Source of the DNA: a virus
Taxonomy: Duplodnaviria; Caudoviricetes
Reading direction: 5' to 3' (one strand)
IMG/VR virus record: IMGVR_UViG_3300005512_002353
DNA: 64,000 bases
Shown piece by piece: positions 28,945 to 38,563 of this stretch. The notes beneath the pieces were generated by a model. It saw nothing but the letters and a program-made list of their open reading frames with translations, ran no database searches and was not told the origin of the DNA. Numbering within the stretch: the stretch's first letter is position 1; the number at the start of each line of letters is the position of its first letter. The position numbers and the translations under genes are program-made.

Positions 28945-28971
28945 CCCCAACATACTAGATATTGTGGTAGG

Positions 28972-29032
28972 TTGTATATTTTACAATTTTTTAGGTAAAT
29001 TTAGGTGGAAATATTGTATATTTTACAATATT
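28972..29032. repeat. two copies of the interrupted palindrome TTGTA-TATTT-TACAA, 42 bp apart
   Basis: 28972-28986 and 29014-29028; the second extends to AATATTGTA-N5-TACAATATT. Confidence 0.8.
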
Positions 29033-29301
29033 GCTATCAATCCGTAGGTATCAATGGCTGTTAGTAGTAGATAATTGGCCAACATACCAAATGATCCTCG
29101 GGTAAAACTGGCCCAAGCATACAGTGAACAGCCCACGACCCATAATATATAGATCAATAGCAAGGGTGGGGTAGGCACTGTCAAGGCCATGATGGCACTG
29201 GCCGCGATGCTTAGTGTCCAAGCAATGACTTCTATGCCGAATCGTATGGGATTGCTTTTAAAGTCGGTGAGAATAAATTTAAGAACAGGACAGTTTTTCA
29301 T
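29023..29301 (-). CDS. small membrane protein (3 TM), paralog of 59126..59410
   Basis: DFKSNPIRFGIE vs SYKSDPTAFGFE; hydrophobic. Confidence 0.65.
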   Translation of the reverse strand: MKNCPVLKFILTDFKSNPIRFGIEVIAWTLSIAASAIMALTVPTPPLLLIYILWVVGCSLYAWASFTRGSFGMLANYLLLTAIDTYGLIAIL

Positions 29302-29873
29302 TAGTCCTCGATCTTTTTAAATAAATGATCTGCTAGTCCTAGTTCAACAGCCTGTTGTGCTGTGAACCATTGGTCAGTCGGGTTTAACAAGTTCTTCTTG
29401 ACCCATTTGGCATCCTGTCCTGTTGCCTTGACCAAGATATCTAACATGCGTTCAGCACAGTAGTCTGACTCTGCTAGGCTTGCACGTATGTCATGATGCT
29501 TGCCGTAGATCTCTTCTGAGAACTCATGACACATCACACCCGTGTTTGGTGCTAGGAACCTATGGCCCTTCTCACCGTTGACGAATATCATGAACGCTGA
29601 CGACATGATTGAACCCATGCCCACAGTGTAGATTGGAGTGTGGCTGGCATTCATGGCATCTATTAACGCAAAGGCATCATATAGGTTACCACCAGGCGAA
29701 TTGATGTATAAGGTAAGATGTTTCTTGTTACCTTCAAGGTTTTCAAATGTTAACCAACGCAGGATGTTATCAACCTTGTCAGCATCTATCTCTCCATGTA
29801 GGAAATTAACACCGTGATTGAATAGTCCTGATCTTATTAGTTCTTTTACGTCACCCTGTGGTTGTAGTTTCAT
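29301..29873 (-). CDS. clpP: ClpP-like serine protease (S14)
   Basis: LYINSPGG, IMSSA (Ser), MCHE (His), DQWFTAQQAVELGLAD. Confidence 0.9.
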   Translation of the reverse strand: MKLQPQGDVKELIRSGLFNHGVNFLHGEIDADKVDNILRWLTFENLEGNKKHLTLYINSPGGNLYDAFALIDAMNASHTPIYTVGMGSIMSSAFMIFVNGEKGHRFLAPNTGVMCHEFSEEIYGKHHDIRASLAESDYCAERMLDILVKATGQDAKWVKKNLLNPTDQWFTAQQAVELGLADHLFKKIED

Positions 29874-30121
29874 CGTCTCCCCTTGGTTATTTCCTCATGT
29901 TCCTGACAATATGTGCAGAGCTGGACACCCGGTATGGCCTTTTGACGGGCTTCTGGTATGTCATCACCGCATTCCACGCACTCCGTGGCACTTGGTTGTT
30001 CTGCCATCTTGGCCAGTTTCTTTTGAACGTCACTGACTGCATTCATGTTGATATGCAATGAATGCAATTGAGCCATTTCATCTTCGGCTTCGTTGTTATA
30101 TTGAAAGTCGTCATTACTCAT
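29870..30121 (-). CDS. TraR/DksA C4 zinc-finger protein
   Basis: ECVECGDDIPEARQKAIPGVQLCTYCQ; acidic N-terminal helix; start set to ATG 30121. Confidence 0.9.
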   Translation of the reverse strand: MSNDDFQYNNEAEDEMAQLHSLHINMNAVSDVQKKLAKMAEQPSATECVECGDDIPEARQKAIPGVQLCTYCQEHEEITKGRR

Positions 30122-30380
30122 TTTCTGTCTCTTCTTCCTCTTCGACATGTGGATCAACGAAGTCAGTTGGATAATTATGAGTTATCAATCCCGCCTCGAT
30201 CTCCTTTAATGCTATCGTTGGATACTTGTGTCCCTCGATGTCATCAATAAGGGGTTTCATTCCCTTCTGCAGATCATGTGCCCTACGTGCGGCCACAATG
30301 ATTAGATTGTATTTACCACCCGGATAATTGCTTTGAACGTTTGGATCTACGATATGTGTTGTTATTTTGGAATAGGCCAT
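30114..30380 (-). CDS. rpoZ: RNA polymerase omega subunit homolog
   Basis: KYNLIIVAARRAHDL..G..PLI....K.PTIALKEIEAGLI. Confidence 0.85.
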   Translation of the reverse strand: MAYSKITTHIVDPNVQSNYPGGKYNLIIVAARRAHDLQKGMKPLIDDIEGHKYPTIALKEIEAGLITHNYPTDFVDPHVEEEEETENE

Positions 30381-30408
30381 ACTGTCTCCTTTTGTTTACT
30401 ATGGATGT

Positions 30409-30437
30409 ATTATATGATCTTACGAGACGGTTGTCAA
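30409..30437 (-). promoter_or_regulatory. sigma70-type promoter TTGACA-N17-TATAAT with GATC next to -10
   Basis: ttgaca accgtctcgtaaGATCa tataat. Confidence 0.88.
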
Positions 30438-31942
30438 CCTAAAAGTTTACGACATTCTTCTAGTTCGGGAATATAATCCACCAACCTGATTCCTCTGGTT
30501 TGATCAAGTTGATCATTATACTCAAAAAATTGTTTTAGTAGTTTAAGATCGCATTTAGGATTGTTACTGTAGTGTGCTAACAAACTGTCAACAGTTGATC
30601 TACAACTACGTCCATCACTTAGATATGTATTTGTTTGTTGACAACGTTTCATTGACTCCATAACCAGATCTGGTCTAGGATGATTATATGCTGACTGCCA
30701 CTCGTTATGATTTACTTGAACATACAATCCTGGATTAGGCCATTCACGATCAAAGTATTCAAATAGTAAATGCAAGTTAGTTACATTATACATGCCCGGA
30801 ACCACTAAAAATGTAACGTTATGGCCTTTTGATTTTAATAGTTTGGCATTGTTCATCATTTGATCAAAGTCGCTGAGCCAACGTTGGTAATCATTTATCT
30901 TACTATAACCGTCAACGCTGACACTGAAATTCATATTGGTAAAATGGTCTATCAACTTTAGGAACTTGGGAGTATAGCTGACGGCATTGGTGCCGATGGT
31001 AAAATCAAAATCAGTGTTACCGGCTTCAATACATTTCTCCATGAAGTCATAGAACTCAGGCATCACACTGGGCTCTCCACCTGTCAGATAGATCCTGGAC
31101 TTATCGTTCAACTTTGTTATGTCAACATGCTCAAAACTTGAATACTTGAATGTTTGTTCTTGCGGAAAGATTATATTGTTTGAGGTGTATTCCTTATCGA
31201 TCAGATGGCTATGCTCCGGCTTACATGATCGACACATGATGTTACATTTATTGCTTAATCTGATTTCATAATAGTAGGGTTGTTCTATGGTCTGGAGATC
31301 CTCTATGGAACGTAGACCTAACTTACTGATCCATTCTAACGTCTCAAACTGTCGTGAGCTCTCAACGCCTCTCTCCTCATAAGCATAGCAACCATCCTGG
31401 CAATACTCAGGGATCTTTTCACCATTGATCATCTTCTCCCTAATTTCCTTGTATTCAGGTGCTGATTTCCAATCAATGATGTCAACGGCTCTGTCTGCAA
31501 CCTTGGCCTTTGATCTTGCACACAGTGTCACATGACCATGTTCTTCTATCAATTCAATGAAGGGATATATACAAAAGCTCTTGTTTGTCTGGACCAGATT
31601 CTGGAAGAACTCTATCCCCCTTACGCTTTCCTCGTTGTCGATCCTGACATCTATTAGTTTGTCCAGTTCTTTAATGAGCTTATATGTTGATAGGAATAAT
31701 TTCCAATGGGTCCATTCTTGTATTGGTTGGTCTAGCAGTCGAACTTGATCAAAATGTTTAGCCAGCTTGACTATCTGTCCGCTAGTTAAGTCAACTATGG
31801 TTGTATGATAGTATCCGTCTTGTGTTGGAACAAAAGAGGGATCCTCAATCAGCCCATGGTTCGTGGTTGAACTTTGTTTGGCTAGGTCTGACACCAAGAG
31901 GTCGGTATTTCTGCTGTTATTTCCTAAACAAAGTATCTTCAT
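30434..31942 (-). CDS. N-twitch radical SAM protein with extra N-terminal domain (#9), paralog of 4797..6275
   Basis: KILCLGNN; SFCIYPF; CQDGC; CNIMCRSC; TGGEP. Confidence 0.9.
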   Translation of the reverse strand: MKILCLGNNSRNTDLLVSDLAKQSSTTNHGLIEDPSFVPTQDGYYHTTIVDLTSGQIVKLAKHFDQVRLLDQPIQEWTHWKLFLSTYKLIKELDKLIDVRIDNEESVRGIEFFQNLVQTNKSFCIYPFIELIEEHGHVTLCARSKAKVADRAVDIIDWKSAPEYKEIREKMINGEKIPEYCQDGCYAYEERGVESSRQFETLEWISKLGLRSIEDLQTIEQPYYYEIRLSNKCNIMCRSCKPEHSHLIDKEYTSNNIIFPQEQTFKYSSFEHVDITKLNDKSRIYLTGGEPSVMPEFYDFMEKCIEAGNTDFDFTIGTNAVSYTPKFLKLIDHFTNMNFSVSVDGYSKINDYQRWLSDFDQMMNNAKLLKSKGHNVTFLVVPGMYNVTNLHLLFEYFDREWPNPGLYVQVNHNEWQSAYNHPRPDLVMESMKRCQQTNTYLSDGRSCRSTVDSLLAHYSNNPKCDLKLLKQFFEYNDQLDQTRGIRLVDYIPELEECRKLLG

Positions 31943-31946
31943 AAAT

Positions 31947-32022
31947 TGGCACTCCCAACCGGATTCGAACCGGTGTTGCCGCCGTGAAAGGGCAGTGTCC
32001 TAGGCCTCTAGACGATGGGAGC
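31947..32022 (-). tRNA. tRNA-Glu (anticodon TTC), CCA encoded
   Basis: 76-nt cloverleaf: GCTCCCA/TGGGAGT acceptor, loop CTTTCAC, GGTTCGAATCC. Confidence 0.95.
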
Positions 32023-32097
32023 CCGGTAAAAAGTTATTATATAAGTAATTATCTTGTCAAGACTCAATGCGATAAATATTTGCTCAAAGGAGACCTA

Positions 32098-32919
32098 ATG
32101 TTTAAATTATCATCAGATACTAAAGTAAAAATTCTACAAGCCACAGTGTATGCCACACTAATAGCAACGCTGTTCTTGTCATTTAATGGAGCTCTGCTAT
32201 TAGCTGGTTTAGCCATGGGGTGGTTTTGGTGGTTAGTAGGCATCAATGCTGGCCTGCATAAGTATTCAAGCCACAGAACATTTGAACCAAAGAATAAATT
32301 TGTGAAATCATTTATACTATTTGTTAGTAGCCTTTGCAGTCTAGGGTCAAATATCAGTTGGGCCTGCACACACCGGAAACACCACAAGTTCTCAGACAAC
32401 GAGGGTGACCCGCACAGCCCTAATCTAAACGGAGGCGGCTTTTGGAGAGGTCTAAGATTGTGGTTTTATTATTTTCCAACATACCATATCAGTCCAAGAA
32501 CGGTGAAAGATCTAACGATTGATCCCTTGCACAAATGGTTCCATCAAAACTATTACAAAGTAATAGGTGCTTATGTGTTAGTGTTAGCACTCATTGACAT
32601 TCGACTAGTGGGATACCTCTGGGCATTACCTGCTGTGTATGTTTTTACTGGTATTAGTTATATCACGGTTCTGGCACATAAACCCTGGTTAGGTCGATTA
32701 ATTGGGTATCGTCTATACGAGACAACAGATAAAACATTTGACAGCAAGATCATGAGTTTGTTGTTGCCAGGAGAAGGAAATCATAACACACATCACGCAT
32801 TACCTGGATTAGCACGTAATGCCACACAGGATGGCGATTGGGATTTAGGCTTTTGGTTTATCAAGTTAGTGGGAAATGTTCCTGCTGAACAAGAAACTAA
32901 GCAGACTTATCACACTTAA
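32098..32919 (+). CDS. membrane fatty-acid desaturase (delta-9-like)
   Basis: His boxes HKYSSH, HRKHH, HNTHH; DPHSP; AAGGAG RBS before ATG 32098. Confidence 0.92.
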   Translation: MFKLSSDTKVKILQATVYATLIATLFLSFNGALLLAGLAMGWFWWLVGINAGLHKYSSHRTFEPKNKFVKSFILFVSSLCSLGSNISWACTHRKHHKFSDNEGDPHSPNLNGGGFWRGLRLWFYYFPTYHISPRTVKDLTIDPLHKWFHQNYYKVIGAYVLVLALIDIRLVGYLWALPAVYVFTGISYITVLAHKPWLGRLIGYRLYETTDKTFDSKIMSLLLPGEGNHNTHHALPGLARNATQDGDWDLGFWFIKLVGNVPAEQETKQTYHT

Positions 32920-33676
32920 TGTAATCAATTATTCTTCCTGACGGATCAAAGTCTCCCGGAAAGTGTTCGTAGTTTGAATCTCCCGGTCTGGCATGATGAT
33001 TGTTATGTAGTCCTTCACCTGCTAGAATAAAACTAAACAACTGTGAGTTCCAACTATTATCTTTCGTTGGTTGTTTGCGACTGGAAAAGTTAGGCAAATG
33101 TGCTATTACAGTAACATATCCCATACCTAATAAAACATATAGAACAGGCATAGCATAAAAGTATCCAACTAATATAGGATCTACTAAAGCAAGTAATAAA
33201 GGATACACCAGAGTAATCTTCCAATAATGTCGATTAAAGAAACTGTGATCTTTATCTCTGATTAGATCTTTAATTACCATTGGATTAATTTTATATTCAG
33301 GAAACCAATAAAAAAATAATTTAATCTTATGTCCGATGCCTTGATCTAAATAGTAAGGATCTTTTTCTGTATCTGAATGAACATGATGTTGTCTATGACC
33401 AGCGGCAAATGCTATGCTACTGCCCATGGTCACTTGATTACCTGCCCACAACAAAAACAATTTAATGAATCTATTTTTGGGTTCAAATGTTCTGTGGCTT
33501 GAATACTTGTGTAAAGATATCGCTAGACCAAAACAATAGAACATCCAGCTTACAATTAGACCAGACAATAGTAAGGTCCAGCTAAACGCATGGATCACAC
33601 TTAATAAAAAAATTATTAAACTGACCAGATGTGCTAGTTTAACTCGATCGTAATTTGACAACGGAAATATCTTCAT
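32897..33676 (-). CDS. membrane fatty-acid desaturase (delta-9-like)
   Basis: HKYSSH, HRQHH, GEGLHNNHH. Confidence 0.92.
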   Translation of the reverse strand: MKIFPLSNYDRVKLAHLVSLIIFLLSVIHAFSWTLLLSGLIVSWMFYCFGLAISLHKYSSHRTFEPKNRFIKLFLLWAGNQVTMGSSIAFAAGHRQHHVHSDTEKDPYYLDQGIGHKIKLFFYWFPEYKINPMVIKDLIRDKDHSFFNRHYWKITLVYPLLLALVDPILVGYFYAMPVLYVLLGMGYVTVIAHLPNFSSRKQPTKDNSWNSQLFSFILAGEGLHNNHHARPGDSNYEHFPGDFDPSGRIIDYIKCDKSA

Positions 33677-33725
33677 GCTATAATATTCAAATAATTAATT
33701 ATAATGTATTTAACAAGGTAAGTCC

Positions 33726-34436
33726 ATGGCAACAAAAGAACCATTGGTATTAATTGGTTGTAGAGCAGAAATGAGTTTTTTCACTGATACTGCCAAACAA
33801 CTAGGAATAGAAGTATTGGGTATCATTGATCAATATTACTATGGTAATACTAAAACAGTAGACGACGTTCCCGTTATTGGCAGTGAGCTTGATCTGTTAG
33901 ATAACCCAACACTATACAATGATGCTAAGTTTATGTTGGCTAATACCTGGGACGGTAATACTAGGTTTGGCAACTTAGAACACGATGGTTATCATTTACG
34001 TCAACAACGATTAGAGTTAATTAATAAACTCAACTTACCTTTACATACCCTAATAGACCCAAGGTCTATTGTTGGAGAAACTGTTGAAGTAGGCCCTGGT
34101 TCGTATATTGGTCCAATGGTTAACATACGTTCTAAAACTAAAATAGGCAGTAATGTTTTTATACATGATAATGTTATGTTAGCACACGACATAGAAATAG
34201 GTGATGGCAGTGTTTTGGCACCTGATTGCACAGTGTTGGGAGGTGTTAAAATTGGAACTAATGTTTATGTTGGTGCCTGTGCTTGTTTAGTAAATGGACA
34301 TAGCACTAAACAGCCTTTTATTACCATTGGTGATAATTCAAAAATACATGCTAGGGCGTTGGTTCAGAAAGACTTACCTGCTAATTCGATAGCAACATTC
34401 AATGGACGTGTTATGAAACGTTCTGATTTAAAATAA
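33726..34436 (+). CDS. NeuD/PglD-like hexapeptide-repeat acetyltransferase
   Basis: N-terminal Rossmann-like part, TLIDP, left-handed beta-helix repeats, AHD motif. Confidence 0.85.
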   Translation: MATKEPLVLIGCRAEMSFFTDTAKQLGIEVLGIIDQYYYGNTKTVDDVPVIGSELDLLDNPTLYNDAKFMLANTWDGNTRFGNLEHDGYHLRQQRLELINKLNLPLHTLIDPRSIVGETVEVGPGSYIGPMVNIRSKTKIGSNVFIHDNVMLAHDIEIGDGSVLAPDCTVLGGVKIGTNVYVGACACLVNGHSTKQPFITIGDNSKIHARALVQKDLPANSIATFNGRVMKRSDLK

Positions 34437-34512
<76 letters not shown>

Positions 34513-34519
34513 ATATTAA

Positions 34520-34699
34520 CTACTTTGATCTACGAGCTAACTCGCGTTCATACTTAGCACGGTCTCTACCACGCTGACTATTTTCTATCAATGCTTTGAG
34601 TTGATTAACACTCTGCACTCTTAGTCTTGGTTTTCCGTTTTTAGTAAGTATAGGGTTTGCCTTACGTCTACCTGGGTGTATTCTTGCCGGTCCTGCCAT
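34520..34699 (-). CDS. small basic protein (59 aa)
   Basis: Not in track; MAGPARIHPGRRKANPILTKNGKPRL... Confidence 0.7.
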   Translation of the reverse strand: MAGPARIHPGRRKANPILTKNGKPRLRVQSVNQLKALIENSQRGRDRAKYERELARRSK

Positions 34700-34705
34700 A
34701 TAATA

Positions 34706-35497
34706 TTATCCTTCCAAAATTTTTATTAATTTAGCCACTCGATTAAACTCATCGCTGTTAGGTTTTATGTCTTTAAGTTTTAAATATTGTAGTAACGAAT
34801 ACTTATCTACACCATTATGCGTAAGATGATTTCTTATGTTCTCTTCTGTAGATGATAAACTAGACATTTTCGTAATCAGCTCAGTTTGTTTTTGATCTGG
34901 ACAAGTGCTGAATATCAGATGAAGTCTAGGCAGTAATCGACTAAAGTTCCGAGCAGTGTGTGTTTTTGGTGTTATCAAATGATATACTTTTCCATATTGC
35001 ATATTTGTTAACGTTCCACTGTGAATAATATATGCTAAATCATTTGTAAAAATTGGAATGTGTATTCTCATTGGTTCAGTATCTGCATGAATAGGATAAC
35101 CTGAATCAGATTGAAGCCATCCTAGTCTAACTCTACCAATGGGCATACCTATTAATTTTTCAATATCTGTTGCTAATGATTTTAGATAACTATTTTTTAA
35201 ATCTGGATGCCATTCTGTATAACTGTTATTTTCTAATTTATTTGCTGGTTTGATTCCAACATCGGCAGTAGCAAATGGACCAACTGCTCCACTTTCAAGT
35301 ATTTCGTTAATGTCAATCCAATTTAGATTATCTTTTGGCATACGTAAAGAAACTACTTTTGTGCCATAGTTATTTTTTACAATTAGAGAAAATATTTCTT
35401 TTCTTAAAGTTTCTATGTCAACATCAAAATCTAACTGCTGAACAAAGTCAGTGACTTCGTAGTTAGTTTTATCATTGTATAAATTAAAAATATTCAT
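34706..35497 (-). CDS. Asp/Asn beta-hydroxylase-like 2OG-Fe(II) oxygenase
   Basis: RVRL..L....YPIHAD..RIHIPIFTN...HTARN....RLHLI. Confidence 0.75.
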   Translation of the reverse strand: MNIFNLYNDKTNYEVTDFVQQLDFDVDIETLRKEIFSLIVKNNYGTKVVSLRMPKDNLNWIDINEILESGAVGPFATADVGIKPANKLENNSYTEWHPDLKNSYLKSLATDIEKLIGMPIGRVRLGWLQSDSGYPIHADTEPMRIHIPIFTNDLAYIIHSGTLTNMQYGKVYHLITPKTHTARNFSRLLPRLHLIFSTCPDQKQTELITKMSSLSSTEENIRNHLTHNGVDKYSLLQYLKLKDIKPNSDEFNRVAKLIKILEG

Positions 35498-35865
35498 CCT
35501 AGTGTATTCTCTACAAATCTCGTTAGGTCACCACATAAATTAATTAGCACGGCATCACGCTCACCAAACAAAAATATCTTGCCCAGGGCCCTCTTGCCTT
35601 TTGGTTGTTTGATATAGTATGGAAATTCCATCTTGCGATCCATGGCCAACATTACACGACTAGATAGAGATTTATTATTTGGGTAGTCCCAATCATAATA
35701 TTTCAGATCAAGTTCTTTAGTGAATACTCTGAATCCTTCTTCAGTTAATCCCATGCCTCCTGTGTCTCGAATGTTTGCCCACCAGGTCAGCATAGCAACT
35801 TCTTGGGTCGGAGGGTGCTCGAGTGTTTCTAAAATTTGCTTAGTTAGACTTAGTTTTCTTCCCAT
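35494..35865 (-). CDS. hypothetical protein
   Basis: ORF track. Confidence 0.7.
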   Translation of the reverse strand: MGRKLSLTKQILETLEHPPTQEVAMLTWWANIRDTGGMGLTEEGFRVFTKELDLKYYDWDYPNNKSLSSRVMLAMDRKMEFPYYIKQPKGKRALGKIFLFGERDAVLINLCGDLTRFVENTLG

Positions 35866-36154
35866 TTTCAGGGTAGATGACCTTGCCCCTGTCTAGCAAT
35901 ACAACAGAGAATTTGTCAGTTTGGAATTGTTCGTTAAGTTTTTTAGCCAAGTTGATAGCGTGACCAGGATTTGAAAATGATACTTTCTTATACTTAGGTC
36001 CTGGGTAGGAAACAAGATAGTTTGACGTCTTTAGGTTAATAGGACGGTCTTCGTAATACACAGCCCAGATTCCCTCTGATGCCAATACTTGCTCTGTTTT
36101 GTATGTTTCTTTGTTGGTTATCTCAACAAGAACATTTGGTTTAGGTCTACTCAC
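35840..36154 (-). CDS. conserved phage protein (MSRPKP...YPGPKYKKVSFSNPGHA)
   Basis: ORF track; GTG start; CTAAATA upstream. Confidence 0.75.
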   Translation of the reverse strand: MSRPKPNVLVEITNKETYKTEQVLASEGIWAVYYEDRPINLKTSNYLVSYPGPKYKKVSFSNPGHAINLAKKLNEQFQTDKFSVVLLDRGKVIYPENGKKTKSN

Positions 36155-36211
36155 TTCTAATTTACCTTAGTTATATACTGCTATTATTTAGCGTAAAAAA
36201 CTGCGTAGTTA

Positions 36212-36403
36212 TTAGAATGAGCCTCCTTTTACCTCAATATCAGTAATTTCATTAGAGGGTGTTTGTGTATTGCGTATGTCTATAAGCGTTTTTGTGATGT
36301 CACTGTGCAGACTTCTTGCCTCGTGCATACTCATGGTGAAGTCTTTAGCACCTGAGGCTTGTAGGTCGTTTAAACGATCGATGAAACGTTTTATAGCACT
36401 CAT
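36212..36403 (-). CDS. hypothetical protein
   Basis: ORF track. Confidence 0.65.
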   Translation of the reverse strand: MSAIKRFIDRLNDLQASGAKDFTMSMHEARSLHSDITKTLIDIRNTQTPSNEITDIEVKGGSF

Positions 36404-36855
36404 GCTTTTACCTTGAGTAGTTCTTCAGATGTTTTGTAAGGGCCTTTATGATCGTATCTCTCAATAGTAATTAACTTTGGACAAAACTCTTCTCTCCAGT
36501 TACGTCCCTTTTTAATCAAATACCAACCTGCACAGAACCAGGACTTTGAGTTTTTCTCTTTGGTAAAGATAGGTGCTCGGTGTTTGAGGTCCCACACACC
36601 ACCAAACGGTTCTGAGTCTGTTGGATAGTCATGCACTTGATCTCTCTTTGTTTTAATACGTTTAGGAACATCAACCCAGTCAAAGTCTAGTTCACGTTTC
36701 ATCTGTGCCATATTTGGTTCTATTGATTTTTGTCCGTGAAACGTAACTGTGTATCCTCGACCTACGCCGTTAGACTTAATTTCGCCTATACGTTTATTGT
36801 CTTCGGTTAATACCCAATATTCGTTCTTAACTATACCTTTTGCTTTCACTGTCAT
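36400..36855 (-). CDS. hypothetical protein
   Basis: ORF track, RBS. Confidence 0.7.
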   Translation of the reverse strand: MTVKAKGIVKNEYWVLTEDNKRIGEIKSNGVGRGYTVTFHGQKSIEPNMAQMKRELDFDWVDVPKRIKTKRDQVHDYPTDSEPFGGVWDLKHRAPIFTKEKNSKSWFCAGWYLIKKGRNWREEFCPKLITIERYDHKGPYKTSEELLKVKA

Positions 36856-36865
36856 GGTCTTCTCC

Positions 36866-37855
36866 TTAATCTGGATAACTTGCGTTCAAACATTCTGCTA
36901 TCTTGTCAGCGTTGTCTGATAATCTGTTTAATTCATACTTGCCACAAAACTTTAAGAACTTGGCACCTACCATGGGTATCTGTTTCTTAACTGAGTTTTC
37001 AGCAATAGTTTCCGCTATAATCTTTTTAATATCATCTGGCTGTGCTGTTAGATCAACTAACACTCTATTACGCTCATAGTCATCCAACACACGATGTTCC
37101 ACTTCATTGTGATCTACCCAACGCTGTAACATAAGATTATTCCATGAGTAACCTTTCTTGGCCTTGTCCTCAAATGCTTCTTGTAGGCCAACTTTGTTAC
37201 GAGTGCCTTTGGTCCTCACACCTGGATATGCTGAAAAGATGTTGTCTGTGGGATCACCACGCATACATTTTTCAAACAATATCCATTCTGGATTTGGTAT
37301 TACTTTAGGCTCTTTTGTTTTCTTGTCAATAACACGCTCACCTTTTTTATCAAATATACCTTCAACAGTGTGTAGTTCATCTGAAATACCATTGTATTGA
37401 TTTACATTTTCTGCTAACAGTTGATAGAAGTCTGTGTCACTAGATACAATAGTATGATGATCATCTGGATGACTCTGTATCCAACCTGCTATCAAATCAT
37501 CTGCTTCTAGTTGTTGATGTTGTAAGACAGTGCAGTTTGTTTTGTCTTTGATAAAGTCTTTAAGATCATCAAAGGCTTCCCAAAACATCTTATCTTCTTT
37601 TGCTTCTTTCTCAGTTAGTGCCTGACGTGCTACCTGTCTGTTTTTCTTATACGGCTCGTAATAGTCTTTGCGCCATGAACGTCCTTCTAGACAAAAGATA
37701 ACATGATCTGCTTTTTGCTCTCGCCATGCTTTGTTGATACTTGCTAGAGTAACGTGTATAGCAAAGCCTAGTCGTTCCCATTCATCTGCACCTCTGTATG
37801 CTGAGTGCCTAGCTCTAAAAAATGTATTTGCTGTGTCTATTAAAAGATATCTCAT
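36866..37855 (-). CDS. rnh: T4 RNase H-like 5'-3' exonuclease
   Basis: LLIDTAN, SWRK.YY.PYK.NR, EADDLIA, SSDTDFYQL, GDPTDNI. Confidence 0.9.
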   Translation of the reverse strand: MRYLLIDTANTFFRARHSAYRGADEWERLGFAIHVTLASINKAWREQKADHVIFCLEGRSWRKDYYEPYKKNRQVARQALTEKEAKEDKMFWEAFDDLKDFIKDKTNCTVLQHQQLEADDLIAGWIQSHPDDHHTIVSSDTDFYQLLAENVNQYNGISDELHTVEGIFDKKGERVIDKKTKEPKVIPNPEWILFEKCMRGDPTDNIFSAYPGVRTKGTRNKVGLQEAFEDKAKKGYSWNNLMLQRWVDHNEVEHRVLDDYERNRVLVDLTAQPDDIKKIIAETIAENSVKKQIPMVGAKFLKFCGKYELNRLSDNADKIAECLNASYPD

Positions 37856-37861
37856 ACTAAT

Positions 37862-37890
37862 ATTATAAGATCAAATTAATTTATTGTCAA
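37862..37890 (-). promoter_or_regulatory. sigma70-type promoter TTGACA-N17-TATAAT with GATC next to -10
   Basis: ttgaca ataaattaatttGATCt tataat attagt ATG. Confidence 0.88.
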
Positions 37891-38563
37891 GTATGTGCTT
37901 CATTACCCTCTTAGCCCAAGCACCATGTGCTCGTTCATCATAATGATAACTGTCCGGGCTAACAGTTTGGTAACCATTTTCCTGTAGCCACGAGTGATAT
38001 GATCCTGTATATGGGTCTATATATTGTGAACCAAAATCATACTGTTCTTTGATTTTTGAAAAGTCTGTGTTACCATTAAAAAACAAGTGTGGTATGTTTT
38101 GTTCAGTTAAATGTTCATGATATTTGATGATACGCTTGTGCCAATTATTAGTTGAACGTGTCCAATCAACATTGGCCACAAACTCTTTGTATTTTTGTTG
38201 ATGGCTTTCAGGAACATGATCAACACCTGACGCATTGACTTGGAAGTATTTGCCGTCTATGTTCCATTCTTCTCTTTCCCAGGTTGACCACTGTATGATG
38301 ACAAACACATCCTGTGATTGATGCTCTGCTAACCATTGGTTAGTAGTTCTTAGGATACGATCATTTGAACTAGCAGATTCTGCCAGAACATGTGTTGCGA
38401 CATTGAGCATGTTGCCTAACTTCTTGCCCCAACTTACTCGTAGATTATCAGGATGTGGGACCCTGCCCATGTAGACATATTTACGATCATCTTCTGCAAA
38501 TGCGTGACTGTTGACTGCCTCTGCACCTGCTGTGTGACTGTCACCGTTGATCAGTAACTTCAT
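37871..38563 (-). CDS. SGNH/GDSL hydrolase-like protein
   Basis: NGDSHTAG, SASSNDRI, IQWSTWER, YHYDERAH; paralog of 24045..24701. Confidence 0.65.
   Translation of the reverse strand: MKLLINGDSHTAGAEAVNSHAFAEDDRKYVYMGRVPHPDNLRVSWGKKLGNMLNVATHVLAESASSNDRILRTTNQWLAEHQSQDVFVIIQWSTWEREEWNIDGKYFQVNASGVDHVPESHQQKYKEFVANVDWTRSTNNWHKRIIKYHEHLTEQNIPHLFFNGNTDFSKIKEQYDFGSQYIDPYTGSYHSWLQENGYQTVSPDSYHYDERAHGAWAKRVMKHILDNKLI

Noticed and set aside
28926-28967. Two NrdR-box-like 16-mers
   Set aside because: 26-bp spacing is atypical, no nrd genes follow, and AT-rich sequence matches easily
32036-32060. TTGACA...TATAAT upstream of tRNA-Glu
   Set aside because: Spacer is only 13 nt, so it was not called as a promoter
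31984-32097. Track start of the first desaturase at GTG 31984
   Set aside because: Overlaps tRNA-Glu; ATG 32098 has an AAGGAG RBS and ATAAATA upstream
33691-33702. Palindrome ATAATTAATTAT between divergent genes
   Set aside because: All-A/T in a very AT-rich gap; plausible by chance
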